From Octopus vulgaris (taxonomy: Eukaryota): 64,000 bases of DNA. The position numbers and the translations under genes are program-made. The first letter of the stretch is position 1; the number at the start of each line of letters is the position of its first letter. Of the stretch, positions 39,245-54,078 are shown piece after piece. The notes beneath the pieces are model-generated. The model made no database searches. It saw only the letters and a program-made list of their open reading frames with translations, and was not told where the DNA came from. The stretch lies in NCBI GenBank assembly GCA_951406725.2, contig OX597815.1, positions 11,346,001 through 11,410,000 of the forward strand, read 5' to 3'.

Positions 39245-39352
39245 CATGTATGTATGTATATATGTATGTATATATGTGTGTATGTACGTACGTGTGTATG
39301 TTACATATATATATATATATACATATGTAGATACGTATACATATATATATAC

Positions 39353-39425
<73 letters not shown>

Positions 39426-40395
39426 TGTACATATATATATATGTGTGTGTATGTGTGTGTTTATACACACAATTATATGTACATATGTATACACATAAGC
39501 ATATATATTAAGAAATACGCATATATATATACATGTATGTGTATATATATGTATGTGTATATATATGTATGTGCATATATGTATGTGTATATATATATAT
39601 GTGCATATATACACATACATATATATACATACAGATATATACATATACATACACACATACATTCATATATATACATTCATACATACAAACACACACACAA
39701 ACATATATATATATATATATATATATATAAAGAAACTTAGACGCGCACACGTGTTCATATACATGCATCTACATAGATATACACACGCACACTCATATCC
39801 CTGTAGGTTTTTTCCTCCTTAAACCAACTTTCTCCCAATTTTTCCTTAATTCGTATATTAGAATCGTTTTTACTTCTTTTTTCCTATATAAAAATTTACA
39901 ATTCATTCATTTTCTTATATTGTTTCTTTCGGCAATGCTTATCCAATTTTCTGCTTCCTTCTGACACCAATTGTATTCTTTTGTCATTAATCTCAATTAA
40001 AATGTTCCATTCTCGATACTGTGCACATCACACTGCCAGTCTGCTAGTCTCATTTCAAACTGTTTCTATTTTACTAACGTTAGTTTAGCATAATCGACGT
40101 ACGAATAGCCAAATATACGTACATATATATTTCATTCATACATAGGTGTATGCATGTATGCATGTGTGTATGTATGTATGTATGTATGTATGTATATGTA
40201 TACACACACACACACATCTATATGCTTATATATATGTGTAAACAGACGTATGCATTTATACATATATATATGTATTATGTATGCATATATATATATGTAT
40301 ATATATATATATGTATGTATACATATATATGTATATATATATATATTTGTATGTATATATATATATATATGTATGTATATATATATATAGGTATG

Positions 40396-40428
<33 letters not shown>

Positions 40429-40509
40429 GTATTATGTATGTATGTATATATATATGTATTATGTATGCATGTATATATATATATATATATGTATATGTAT
40501 TATGTATGC

Positions 40510-40549
<40 letters not shown>

Positions 40550-40595
40550 TATGTATGCATGTATATATATATATATATATGTGTGTGTATATATG

Positions 40596-40689
<94 letters not shown>

Positions 40690-40770
40690 CATTTATATGT
40701 ATACATTTATATACATATATATATATACATATATACATATGCACGCTCACATATAGGTACATACATACGG
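39190..40770. repeat. two large degenerate TA/TG/TATG microsatellite fields
   Basis: 39190-39730 and 40148-40770 are low complexity; the ORFs here are artefacts. Confidence 0.9.
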
Positions 40771-42476
40771 ATGAATCTAGTATAGTTCGTTTTCGTGTTC
40801 CAGTTTCTTGCAAATTGCTTTCTAAGTCGTCTTATCTCTCCAGTCTAATATAATACTACAAATATACCCTCTGTAGTCTCTCTAAGTCTACCTCCCATTT
40901 TCTCAATTTTGTTCTCCCCTTCCTCCACCACTCTTCCTTTTCCCCTCTTTATATATGTTAGGAAACACACTCATGCATGCAGATACGTACTTGCATATAT
41001 TCATGTGTGTGGTGTGTATGCATATGCACAAACGCATACACACACGTATATATATGTATATGCACTTCACGTATTATACATATATAATATATATGTGTAT
41101 GCATTTGTGTATGTGGGCGACGGTACATTATGTCTTATTTAAACTGAAATTTTTCTTTCACATTTCATATTTGAACACTTTTCTTGAGCACACTTGTACA
41201 TATTGCCATACACACACATGCCCAGGCTTGCACGCGAACCCACGCTTGTATATGTACATATGAGCAATGCAGATGATAGAGTACTGGCCCCGTTAAATGC
41301 TCGGTGCCAAGTGGCTCACTCTAAACGTATTCCTTTTATACGCTCGCATACATACACATCTGCTGCATACAGACAGATAGACACGCGTAGCATGCAAGCA
41401 TGCATATACACACTCGCATAAATCTGAATGCATAGTAGCAGCATAATATTACAACAAAGCCGAAAGAGAAAATTATATTATAATCACTAAGTCTGAAGGA
41501 AAATCTATATATTTACGAAACTATAATATAATAACTATAGTTAAAATTTGAAATAGTTTCACTCTATTGTATAGTAGTGTATTTGTTGAAAATATGTGTA
41601 ATGTAATAGATTAGCAAGTATGTGATTGAAGTAATATATATTTTAAAGAAATATTGCAAAAGGACAATTACTATATAATAATAACTACAATGTGCCTCGC
41701 TGACTGCTATAATATAATATAATATAATATAATATAATATAATATATAATATAATATGATATAGTAATTATTTCAAGTTGGAAATTGTTCGACTGCGTAT
41801 CTTAAGAGGACGAATAGGTGCATAGTTTATGCGGGTGAATCAATACTGCAGTGTTCATATCAAACACATATAACATCGCACACTTTGCTCTTTATATTTT
41901 ATAGAAATATCCAACATCAGCTGACGTTCCACCAAGCAGATTGTTGAAGTTAATATATTTGCTTCATATTCTTTATACTGATGCTACTATGTACTACAAG
42001 TGAAACATATAGTTTAATAGAAGGTACCCCATGTTGTAATTGTTTGCATGTAGTAACACCCGATGTTTAGTGGTACACTCATACGAAGCTGTTAATGTCG
42101 ATGTTTTGTATTTTCATGTCCGGCATGAGCAATAGACCTATATTCAATGGCAATTCGTAATGCAACGTTCGAATATTTCGAACTCGATTGACCAATATCT
42201 CTTAACCCTATCTTTAAAGACGGTTAGCTTTAATTTGTCGAATTTGCTATTTCTTGCAAGTAGAACAACTACTGCAAGGTTTTTTCATTGCACACATCAG
42301 ATATGAAGATTCCCTGCTCCCTTTTCTATTAGTGAACAGTGAAAAAAGACTTACACATATATAAAAAAAAATCATTCTATTTTATTTATAAAGTTGCCAC
42401 ACCGTAAAAATACGCTGGAGTGTTCATAACTGGAACGTCTTTATGCAAAATAGTCGCTTGTAGTTATTTGTTTCCC

Positions 42477-42704
42477 GGCGAGCTGGCAGAAATGTTAACA
42501 CGCCGGGCGAAATGCGTAGCCGTATTTCATCTGCCGTTACGTTCTGAGTTCAAATTCCACCGAGGTCGACTTTGCCTTTCATCCTTTCGGGGTCGATAAA
42601 TTAAGTACCAGTTACGCACTGGGGTCGATATAATCGACTTAATCTCTTTGTCTGTCCTTGTTTGTCCACTCTATGTTTACTCCCTTGTGGGTAGTAAAGA
42701 AATA
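42477..42704 (+). mobile_element. SINE family B monomer
   Basis: 12-bp TSD tatttgtttccc at 42465-42476 and 42705-42716. Confidence 0.92.
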
Positions 42705-42865
42705 TATTTGTTTCCCAGGATTGTGTATTGTGTAATCTCCAACGTGAAGACAGTATCCTATGTGTAGTAACAGTCCATCTGGCTGTACATAGTTACATTC
42801 ATGAAAGTAATGTTTTGCAGCTCTAAGCTAGATCATCAATTTATTGTAGATCTCCAATTTTAGCA

Positions 42866-43063
42866 CAAGCCAGGAATTGTAGACGCGAGGGCAAGTCAAT
42901 TACGTCTTTCCTAGTGCTCAACTGATACTTATTTTATCGATCACGAAGAAATGAAAGGCAAAGTCGATCTCGGGGGAATTAGAACTCAGAACAGGACGAA
43001 ATAGGACGAAATACCGCTATGCATTTTGCACGCTGAGCCACCAATTCTGCCAGAACACCGCCT
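42866..43063 (-). mobile_element. older degenerate SINE family B relative
   Basis: atgaaaggcaaagtcgatctcgggggaattagaactcagaac. Confidence 0.7.
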
Positions 43064-44580
43064 CAGCATCACGTTAATATTAGCAATTGATTGTTAGCCT
43101 TATAATTAGTGAAAAAATGGTTGTGTAGTCGAAGGGGTTTAGGCCAGAAAAACTGCGCTAATCTTGCATTCTTATTTTGAACGTTACCCCCGATATGCAA
43201 TAAAGCACAAATACGGAAGCAATATTTGAACTATCGAACTACACGCTGAAAATCTCTCGATAGTAATTGCTGTAACACGCCACAGATATCCTCCCATTAT
43301 AATCCAAAATAATAGCACTTATGAAAAACTGAAAAACACAAACATTTATTTATTTGAAACGAAATCTATTATCACGTTAAGACCTCTATATAATAATGAT
43401 ATCTACCATTAGCTACAGGTTAGAAATATTTTTGTAAAGTCACAGTCGATTATAAAACCTACTCGAGGGTGTGACTAGCGCTTATTTTATTAGTCCTAAA
43501 GTGATGAACTTAAGACGCTATATAATAATAGGAAATTTTATTCACATCCTGCAACAGCGTTTTCAAATGATAGAAAGAATTTCCTATGCGGAAACTTATA
43601 ATGAATTCTTGAATAAATAGGTTTTCAGCAGCTATTTGAACTGGCTTGATTAATTCCATGCCCTGGAGAACATTTGTATATTCTACCGGGCAATTCTGTA
43701 TACGATCAACCAATTCTAATATGTGTCATTTTTATTGCTTCTTTTACCAGTTAGAACTGAATAATTGTTTTCGAAGCGATTAGAATTCCTAGAGAAAATT
43801 TAATGCAGTCGTTTAAAACTGTTACCAAATTTGTCTGGCACAGTTAACTGGTTGTACGATTAATGCTTTGTGTCGAGCGATCAATACTAAGTTTTTGGTA
43901 AAGAACAGTAATGCTGAATGACCTACTTCTATTTGCTCCATGAACTGGCTGTTTAACCAACGAAGTGGACTATTTAATTAGCTTGCAGATCTTAACTCTA
44001 ATCCCTCAAATAACTGGTGTAAAAAATAAGTATACCTACTCGCTTGTGGTTAATAGTCCTAGTCAATTACGAATCATTTCCTTCGATAATTCTTGAAATC
44101 ACTACTATTAATTTGTAGAAAATGAGACGACAATACAATGAATATATTTTGCTGTTCAAACAATTCTGCCAGCTTCTTGCTCTAATGTTTAAAAATATTG
44201 CATTCTTACTATGTGACAAGGGTAAATTTCCTCTAGGAGTCACGTAGCACCAAACGAATAAATTAAGACAACTCTTGCGATATCTGAGCTGAAGTTTGGA
44301 TAGAAAATTCTAATAGCCATATATTTTAGAACACTTCTTGGAAAGAAAATCACGATGGTAAAAGAAAAAAACGATGATAAAACACAAGCTTAGTATATAA
44401 ACTTTTAAGATACGCAATGAAAACTGGTGACTTATTGCTCATAGAAAAGAAATGGGGAGATGAGAATGCACATATCATCTTGGTTGACTGTGTATTTTAT
44501 GCTGTATTGTATTACGAATCTCTCAAATATTTTAACATGGACCATATGCATTCATCCACTGATGTGTATACATAATACGT

Positions 44581-44634
<54 letters not shown>

Positions 44635-44636
<2 letters not shown>

Positions 44637-45042
44637 TCTTTTACTCTTTTACTCTTTTACTCTTTTACTTGTTTCAGTCATTTGACTGCGGCCATGCTGG
44701 AGCACCGCCTTTAGTCGAGCAAATCGACCCCGGCACTTATTCTTTGTAAGCCCAGTACTTATTCTATCGGTCTCTTTTGCCGAACCGCTAAGTGACGGGG
44801 ACGTAAACACACCAGCATCGGTTGTCAAGCAATGCTAGGGGGACAAACACAGACACACAAACATATATATATATATATATATATACGACAGGCTTCTTTC
44901 AGTTTCTGTCTACCAAATCCACTCACAAGGCATTGGTCGGCCCGGGGCTATAGCAGAAGACATTTGCCCAGGATTCCACGCAGTGGGACTGAACCCAGAA
45001 CCATGTGGTTGGTTAGCAAGCTACCTCCCACACAGCCACTCA

Positions 45043-45099
<57 letters not shown>

Positions 45100-45240
45100 C
45101 TATACGACTGGCTTCTTTCAGTTTCCGTCTATGAAATCCACTCACAAGGCTTAGGTCGGCCAGATGCTATTGTGGAAGGCACTTGCCGAAGGATCCATGC
45201 TGTGGAACTGTGGGACTGAACCCGGAACCATGTGTTTGGG
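44635..45240 (-). mobile_element. SINE family A copy plus adjacent partial second copy
   Basis: 44635-45041 is near full length; 45103-45240 is a 5' fragment. Confidence 0.88.
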
Positions 45241-45254
45241 ATATACAAACATAC

Positions 45255-45374
<120 letters not shown>

Positions 45375-46715
45375 GGACGTATGCCCAAATGGTTAGGGTA
45401 TTGCACACATGATCGTGAGATCGTGGGTTCAAATCCTAGCCCGGATGGTGAGTTGTGTTCTTGAACAAACTACTTCATCTCACCTGTACAGGCAAGGAAG
45501 AATTCATGGAAAGAGTCAACTAATGTACGGCACATACATTTGACCACTATAAACAATTCACTGTGCAGTTGGTCGTTTGGTAAAAGGTGAATGTATAATA
45601 TTGCTAATGGCCATTTTAATGTTGCCGTCTTCTAACGGTGTCGAAGGTTAGAAAAGGCCATGACCGTTGCCTTTCCCATCTACGTAAGCCAATGAGGAAC
45701 GATGAAATGATGAAAACACCTAACGCTTCTTGACTCAGTCTCTTTCCTCCAGCATCAACTATAAGTAGTATCTTTCATGTTTACTGAGTAACAAGATACT
45801 CAACTGAGTTATGACATAAACTTAATTGCACAAATTTTTACTGTGTGCGGAGTCGCTTAAATCGATTTGAAAACTTAATTGATTCTTATTTTACCAATAT
45901 TGAATGATTTCCAATTTTCTCAGAGTTTGAACCTAGAACGTAACTGGACATTGTTTTTTTGAGATCGTCTTGTGGTGGATGCACCAACAACTTTGATTAT
46001 TGTTTGAGCACAACTCTTATTGAACCAGCAAAACAATCTCTACGTGGTCCCTGGATCTACTTGAAATACGTGCCATATCTCCCTCTTATTATCCAGTTTA
46101 AAATTAACCGTATATTGGTTAAAGACCTTTTACTTCCAAATAATTCAAATTCCAATCTCCCTTTCACTAGCTCGAAGATTCCTGCCAATAATGTTCTCCA
46201 TATTATAAAGCACAACATTTATGGTAAAATAAAATTTTAGGAAAATAAAAATAAGAAAAAAGTGGAAATTTACCGGCGAGTGTGTTATATTATGAGGCAC
46301 AAAAAGAAAATGACTTTCCCCAGACACAACAGAATATGTTTCAACACACGAACTCATATAAAGAATCTTGCAAACTAAATCCAAAAACGAAATACATTTC
46401 GCTATTTTTACCATTCGCCATTCTACCGAACTCACTAAAATAGTTTTACTTCGGTGTTTACTACAAAATAGGAGTAAAAGTATATTCTCTTTCTTACATG
46501 CTATGTTCCCAGCAAATTATTCTCTGCTAGACATAATAAACTCAGTTCTCTCAAATTAGAAATTCTGCTGTCTGAGAAAAAAAAACAACAACAACTACAA
46601 ATGACTCATTAGAAACGCTATGTTTGAATAGGAAAATTGGTTGGCGACGGCTAGTATTCGTTTTTATCATGAGTCGGCTTGACGAAGGTTGATCTAGAGC
46701 TTATAATACACTGTC

Positions 46716-47128
46716 GGCGAGCTGGCAGAATCGTTAGCATGCCGGGCGAAATGCTTAGCGGTACTTCGTCTGTCGTTACGTTCCGAGTTCAAATTCCGCC
46801 GAGGTCGACTTTACCTTTCATCCTTTCGGGGTCGATAAATTAAGTACCAGTTACGCACTGGGGTCGATGTAATCGATTTAATCCGTTTGTCTGTTCTTGT
46901 TTGTCCTCTCTGGGTTTAGCTCCTTGTGGGTAGTAAAGAAATAGGTACTTCGTCTGTCGTTACGTTCCGAATTCAAATTCCGCCGAGCTCGACTTTACCT
47001 TTCATCCTTTCGGGGTCGATAAATTAAGTACCAGTTACGCACTGGGGTCGATGTAATCGATTTAATCCGTTTGTCTGTCTTTGTTTGCCCCCCTATGTGT
47101 TTAGCCCGTTGTGGATAATAAAGAAATA
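46716..47128 (+). mobile_element. SINE family B dimer
   Basis: Two units; TSD tata(a/t)tacactgtcg. Confidence 0.92.
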
Positions 47129-48137
47129 TATATTACACTGTCGTTATAAAAGAATATTTAGGATATATCATCCTTGGAAAATAACAGGCAAATGGTCACG
47201 ACTAAAGACAAATTCAATGGATTCGAACTGACCTTGGGCTAATCAATAACAATAAAAGTACCACCATCACCGCCACGCTTTATTGGACTGGTTAGCAATG
47301 ACTGTATAACTGAAGTGACATGACAATAGATACATAAATGGATGTATGAATAGACGCTCACAGTTTCCATGACATGAAAATGTGCAACCTGCTATTAAGT
47401 CGCCAATGAAACATCACGTAAATATGACGGTTCTTTGTGATAACTTAAAATAGTGTTCGACTCTGAATACTATTTAGCATTTATCAGATTGTATCGTTTG
47501 TGTATTTCGATGATATTCTCCACCAGATATTTCTCCTTTGTGCATGAAACAATGCATATTACGAACGCCATTTGTTTGATTGCTGCCTTTATTTTTATTT
47601 CCATAAGTATTGGGAATAACATCACATCATTTTTATATATATATATATATTGTTTTGTAATATCGTCCCTAAAATATTTCATTCAAGTACACGATATCCT
47701 TCAAGGTGTTATATAAAAATCTCGTGAATATTGAATGACAGAGAATGATCAATTGTTATCATTGCAGTAAGACTTCGATATCTCGCACTGTGCATCATTG
47801 TTTTACCGATTCTCTCTCTCTCTCTCTCTCTCTTTTTATGCGCTCTCATATTTAATATTCTTCCTCACACTGTTTGTACATAGGATGAAATACAATTGAA
47901 ATAACTTCTTGTTGTAAAATAAACAAGAATAGGAAAAATGTAACAAAAATAGTGAGAAATAAATTAAACAGAAAACATTCCAAGAAAACAGAGGATCATA
48001 ATATGAGTTTGTTTTTCTCTATATGAGTGAAGACTAAATTTGTATTGTTTTAATCTATCTTATCCTACCTTATCTTATCGTATGTCTTTATTGCTTTTCC
48101 TCCCACTCATAACTCCCCTCTCTCTCTATCTGTCTGT

Positions 48138-48185
<48 letters not shown>

Positions 48186-48309
48186 GGAGTAAACACATAA
48201 ATGTGAAACAAGGTGGAAAAAAGAGTACTCAAATACCAGTGGTAGAGTAATATGCTTTATTTTAAGCAGCATTTTGTTGAATTTTGTTGAATTTTCTGCT
48301 GCTTAAAAT

Positions 48310-48353
<44 letters not shown>

Positions 48354-48354
<1 letters not shown>

Positions 48355-48742
48355 TAGCAGTATCGCCCGGCGTTGCTCAGGTTTGTAAGGGAAATAACTA
48401 TAAAGCATTTTTAGAGAGTTATAGCCAAAAAATAGCAAAAAAAATGGAAAAACAATTATGGTAATTTTTTTTTTGAGAGTTAAAAAAGGTCGAGTTGCAT
48501 CCCCTAGACAGTCTGTGGCTTGTGTTTCTGATTCTCGACCCCATGTCGAATTTATCGATTTTTTTCAGAACTGGGGGAACTTTTCAAAATTTTCGCTGCG
48601 TTAGTTTTGAATTATGACATTGGGCTATGTGTGTGTCAAGTTTCATCAGAATCAGTTGAAAGCCGTGGTCAGGGTGAGGGTACAACCAAACAGACACACA
48701 GAAACACACACAGACAAACTGCCGTTTATATATAGAGAGAGA
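48354..48742 (-). mobile_element. non-autonomous Helitron
   Basis: Same termini and body as 28468-28851. Confidence 0.85.
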
Positions 48743-48974
48743 TATATTTAGTGAAGGGAAGAAATGGAGCTGAACGAAGATTCTACAGAATTCCTTTTAT
48801 TATTTTCTACACATGTTTCAAATTTTGAATAATCCTTAACAAGATAATTCATTTATCCATTTCAATAAATATATATATATATATATATATGTAGGTCCCG
48901 GGTTGATTCGGGGTTAACCACAGTAAATAAGGTACTCAATACATAGCAGAGTAAAATTAATTTATTATATAGAA

Positions 48975-49029
48975 GGAGCTTCTACAGGACTAGAACTGTT
49001 TCATTCAAGAGAAATCTTCAGGAAGCTCC
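48975..49029 (-). ncRNA. type I hammerhead ribozyme fold
   Basis: GGAGCTTC-CTGAAGA-T-TTC(tctt)GAA-T-GAAA-CAG(ttctagtc)CTG-TA-GAAGCTCC; 8-bp stem I, intact core, GUA site. Confidence 0.82.
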
Positions 49030-49144
49030 AGCATGGCCGCAGTCAAATGACTGAAACGAGTAAAAGAGTAAGAGTAAGAGTATATATAAGAGTATATATA
49101 AGAGTATATATAAGAGTATATGCTGGAGCATGGTAAGAGTAAGA

Positions 49145-49172
<28 letters not shown>

Positions 49173-49176
<4 letters not shown>

Positions 49177-49390
49177 TCTTACTCTTACTCTTTTACTCGT
49201 TTCAGTCATTTGACTGCGGCCATGCTGGAGCACCGCCTTTAGTCGAGCGAATCGACCCCGGGAGTTATTCTTTGTAAGCCCAGTACTTATTCTATCGGTC
49301 TCTTTTGCCGAACCGCTAAGTGACGGGGACGTAAACACACCAACATCGGTTGTCAAGCAATGCTAGGGGAACAAACACAGACACACAAAC
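49173..49390 (-). mobile_element. SINE family A, 3' half
   Basis: Tail and body up to the internal microsatellite. Confidence 0.88.
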
Positions 49391-50110
49391 ATATATATAT
49401 ATATATATACACACACACATACATTCATTCGCACATACCACACACACATACACTCACACATACCATATACACACATTCACACATACCACACACACACAAA
49501 CCACATACACACGCACACAAAAACACAGAAATCTATCTATATATACATATATCCGTACAAATACACGCATATACTTACACACATACAATCCCTCTCCCGC
49601 ACACTAATAATTTATCACACACGTACTCAGCAGCGCACTGACATACTAGAACAGATACTTATTCAAATACACGCACACACAGAAACACACAGAGAAACAC
49701 ACACATACAATTTTAATGAGTTTGTCTGGAAGTAAATTTATTTATTATTTCAATTGACCTGAGGTGACAAACGTTAAGATTGTCTGGATATTATGAATCA
49801 AATGTTTACATTATACGTTGTTATTAAAAGGTTAAATTTCCGGAAACGACCCTCAGGTCACCTTAACGACCGAGAAGTTAACTACAGCCATACTGTAATG
49901 ATTAATTAAATTCGACTAATTCAAAAGATATAAACTGTTGATCATTTTTCTAATTGGAACCCTATTTTTTTTTCATATATTTACAATACACTTTCAATGT
50001 GACTAATCTCCGACCAATGCTACAGACCCTTGTTAATCTTGTATAGGGCTATATTAGGAACAACTCTATGGTATAAGACGTTCCAGCTCTGATTACCATA
50101 TCTTCTTTTC

Positions 50111-50453
50111 TGTGAAGGCGCGTGGCTTAGTGGTTAGGGCATTCAGCTCACGATTGTAAGGTCGTGAGTTCGATTCCCGGCGACGCCTTGTGTCCTTGAG
50201 CAAGACACTTTATTTCACGTTGCTCCAATCCACTCAGCTGGCAAAAATGAGTTGTACCTGCATTTCAAAGGGCCGGCCTTGTCACACTCTGTGTCACGCT
50301 GAATCTCCCCGAGAACTACGTTAAGGGTACACGTGTCTGTGGATTGCTCAGCCACTTGCACGTTAATTTCACGAGCAGGCTGTTCCGTTGATCATATCAG
50401 CGGGGACCCTCGTCGTCGTAACTGACGGAGTGCTCCTATATATATATATATAT
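50111..50453 (+). mobile_element. SINE family D (tRNA head, CORE-like domain, tail shared with family C; OR2-like)
   Basis: tggcttagtggtta / gagttcgattccc boxes; gtgtccttgagcaagacacttt; 13-bp TSD atatcttcttttc at 50098-50110 and 50454-50466. Confidence 0.92.
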
Positions 50454-51736
50454 ATATCTTCTTTTCAGACACAGTATAACTAAGGCGTCATTATCGCACC
50501 TTCTGCTTGTTTTCGAAAAACACACTGATATTGTATGGAGTTTGGGTACTATATCTTGCATGTCACAAATGTGTGCTTGTCTCTTTCGACGAACACCAGC
50601 AATATTCTGTGACAGATATACACTATTGTAATCCTCATTCTGAATTTTAGGCCTCTTCAGTCTTTCTTCTGTGCTCGATCTTATGCTTCAAACGGTTCAA
50701 TAATTTCTTACTTTCTTACGAAGAATGTACGATCTTCTACTGATATTTGAGATGAAATCCTCATGATATATACTGGTTATTGATTTTCGTCTGAAGTAAT
50801 TGATGACTGATACATTCCCTTTCAAGTAAGATTTTAAAAACTTTTCTGCCTTAATGTGATAGATCATCATCGAATACAAGACAAGATTACTTCCATACAC
50901 TAGCTTATGAATGAGGAGCAGTGATGCGTTCTTGCACAACTGGTCCCTATTCAGTGTCGATTAAATAAGTACTTTGTATTACTGTTGTAACGAATACCGA
51001 TCTGCGTCACACGACAGACTTGCTGCTAACCTGTTCGAATAAATAATTCATCAACAATCCTACATTTTGCATGAATGCAACAGAAGCAACGGTATATGCA
51101 ACTGAAATTCGTCTGGGACTGGAAATATATAAACTAAGATCTTAAATGGGTGATAGTCTGCCTCGTTAAAAGTAAAACGAAACATTTCGAAATTGTTTTG
51201 CAAACTACCTCCTACTTTATTATCTTTCAATACGTCAGAACTAATACCATTCTCGCTGAGAAAAAGTTAAAACATTAAGGTCCTCCAAGACATTAATCTA
51301 TCGAAACAGGGTTTTCAATTCACTTAAGGATACCTGCTTTTAATTTTGGATAATGAAATTTTCGTTTGTTATAACACATACACACACACATATGTATGCA
51401 TGCATATATGTGCGTATATATAGGATATACATATATGTATGTGCATATATATATATATTAATAAGTTGCTCAAAACCGAAAATATTAGAAATAGCAGCCA
51501 AATAGATCACTATTTCCACTACTAATAAAATAGTCTCCACAAACAAACAGAATTTGCAACCCGTATATGGTAAAGAGAAAGAAAATAACGAAATCCCAGC
51601 CTATTTGAGCAACTAGTTGCAATTAACCCTTTATTATAATTAATATCATTCTTACCAAATATGGTCATTTCCATACCGAAAAAACTAATAGGTGAAATTT
51701 ATTAATTTTATTAAATTAATTATATTTCACCCTTTT

Positions 51737-51779
<43 letters not shown>

Positions 51780-51783
51780 GCGC

Positions 51784-52075
51784 GCACACGGATTGGGCCA
51801 TAGTTTTGGGACACATTTTAAATGCTATATTTTAGATTATAGAAATGACAAAGCGTACCAAATGTATTCATTGCATAACTCATATACAGGAATTTAACAT
51901 ATTATCCAAGGTTTTACTACTTTTTACGAATAGTTGGTGTTAGTGACCCTCATTATGTGGATTCCAAAAGAAATTGCAAACGTGGTCGAAGCATACATCA
52001 CCAGCGAAAGATCCATCGCAGCAGCCCGATGAAAATTTCGACAGTATTTTCTTGTTTTAATCAAAAGTATAAGAC
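51784..52075 (+). mobile_element. 5' fragment of a DUF4817-type Tc1/mariner-like element
   Basis: MWIPKEIANVVEAYITSERSIAAAR-like start downstream of a TIR-like gggccatagttttgggacac. Confidence 0.4.
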
Positions 52076-52152
52076 AGGCTTGAAGAATTTGTTAAGATAT
52101 TTTCTGAAGATGAAACCATTGCTAGTCTTCATACACACAGAATGTATATATA

Positions 52153-53804
52153 CTCTGCGTCCCACATTATTAGGCAAATCAACCTTCTATCAATAAATAA
52201 ATGCATTTTCGTTCAGAACCAGTTGTTTTCCCAATAATGATTGCTAGCAACACCTATCTGCGCACATTCTGTTAAAATAAATCGGATCTGCGCAGACAAA
52301 AACAAACGGTGGCCATTGTCGTGTAGCAGCAACATTTCTGCTGTCCCAGATGTATCCCCGATTATTAGGTACCCAATTTAAGTGTCGATATGAGTCAGAA
52401 ACGTCATCTTACTTCGGATGAGAAATTTACCATCGTGTCAGAACTTGGAAAAGGAAAAATAACCATAGAAATATCAAAAATACTGGGTAGAGATCACCGA
52501 ACAGTGAAAGAATTTGTGCAGTCTCCTATTTCGGTCAGGTCGATGGTAGATAAGGCTAAGTCGAGGATTACTTCGAGTCGTACTTTGTCACGTTTGAAAA
52601 GAGAAGTTGCGCAGAAACTATGTCTGACAAGTAGAGTAGTTTTCAAACATGGCAGGGAAGACGTACCGAAAACTACCAGGTGTCGCAACTTGTATCAGAT
52701 AGCCAGAAATGTTAAACCTGTTACAAGGCCCACCTCTGAAGGCTGTTCATAAGCAGAAGAGAGTGAAATGGGAATAAGAATATATTAAAATTTTCAACAG
52801 TTCTGTTCATTGACAAATGCCGTGCTACTATTGATAGACCAGATGGCTGGAGTAAAGTTTGGGTATCAATCAATCAGCGAGAACAGTCCTCATCGTTTGA
52901 GAAGCCAACAGGAGGGAGGTGGGGGTCAGGTTTTGGGCTGACGTCATCGTTGGTATGATGGTCGGGCCATGGAAAATCCCAGATAGCATTAAGATGACAT
53001 CGAAAACGTATGTTACATTCTTAAAGAAAAATTTCCAACCATGGTTCAAAAAGCAAAAACTTTCATTCAATAGATAGATAGGTAGGTAGGTAGGTAGGGA
53101 GGTAGGGAGGTAGGTAGGTAGGTACATACATACAAGATAACGTCCCGCCTCATGCAGCGAGGAATTATAAGGAAGACCTGCAGCAAATAAGATTCTCTGG
53201 AGGTCATTTGATTGAGTGACCACCTTGTTCCCCTGATCGAGAACCTGTGGAGTGTCCCGAAGAGGCCCGTTTACGACGATGGACGGCAGCTTTCAAGTAA
53301 AGTTGTCCTCTGGGATGCTATTGTAGATGCTGCTCAAAGCATGACACCAGAGGAAGTCATCATCTTAACAAGTTCAATAGATCAGCGCGTAAGGAATGTT
53401 ATTGCATGTGGAAGATCATGCACCAAACATTAAAAGCTGTACGACATCATAATCCCATAATTATTTTTATTTGAACGTAATATTATGTTTACCATTAAGT
53501 CCTTTATGAATAAGTTTTCTGTTAAATCTTTACTGTTGGATTAAATAAATGTTGGATTAAATAAATGTTTGTTCTCACACAATTATCATATTTATTATAC
53601 TTTCTGAATAATTTGTGACAGTGAAAATGTTGCCCAATCACAAACATGGCTGGCATTTGTTGGCGTCTGTGCAGATCCGATTTATTTTATCAGAATGTGC
53701 GCAGGTAGGTGTTGGTCAACACCCAGTGGGAAAACAACTGGTTTTGAACGAATATACATTTATTTGAGAGAAGATTGATTTGCCTAATAATGTGGGACGC
53801 AGTG
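52153..53804 (+). mobile_element. full-length, inactivated Tc1-like DNA transposon
   Basis: ~150-bp TIRs starting c(t/a)ctgcgtcccacattattaggcaaatc, TA flanks, HTH start MSQKRHLTSDEK...GRDHRTVK, catalytic remnants VLFIDKCRATIDRPDGW, QDNVPPHA, IENLWS; frameshifts. Confidence 0.92.
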
Positions 53805-53814
53805 TATACGTATG

Positions 53815-54078
<264 letters not shown>

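Noticed and set aside
39141-40853. Many YI/MC-rich ORFs
   Set aside because: TA/TG microsatellite translations.
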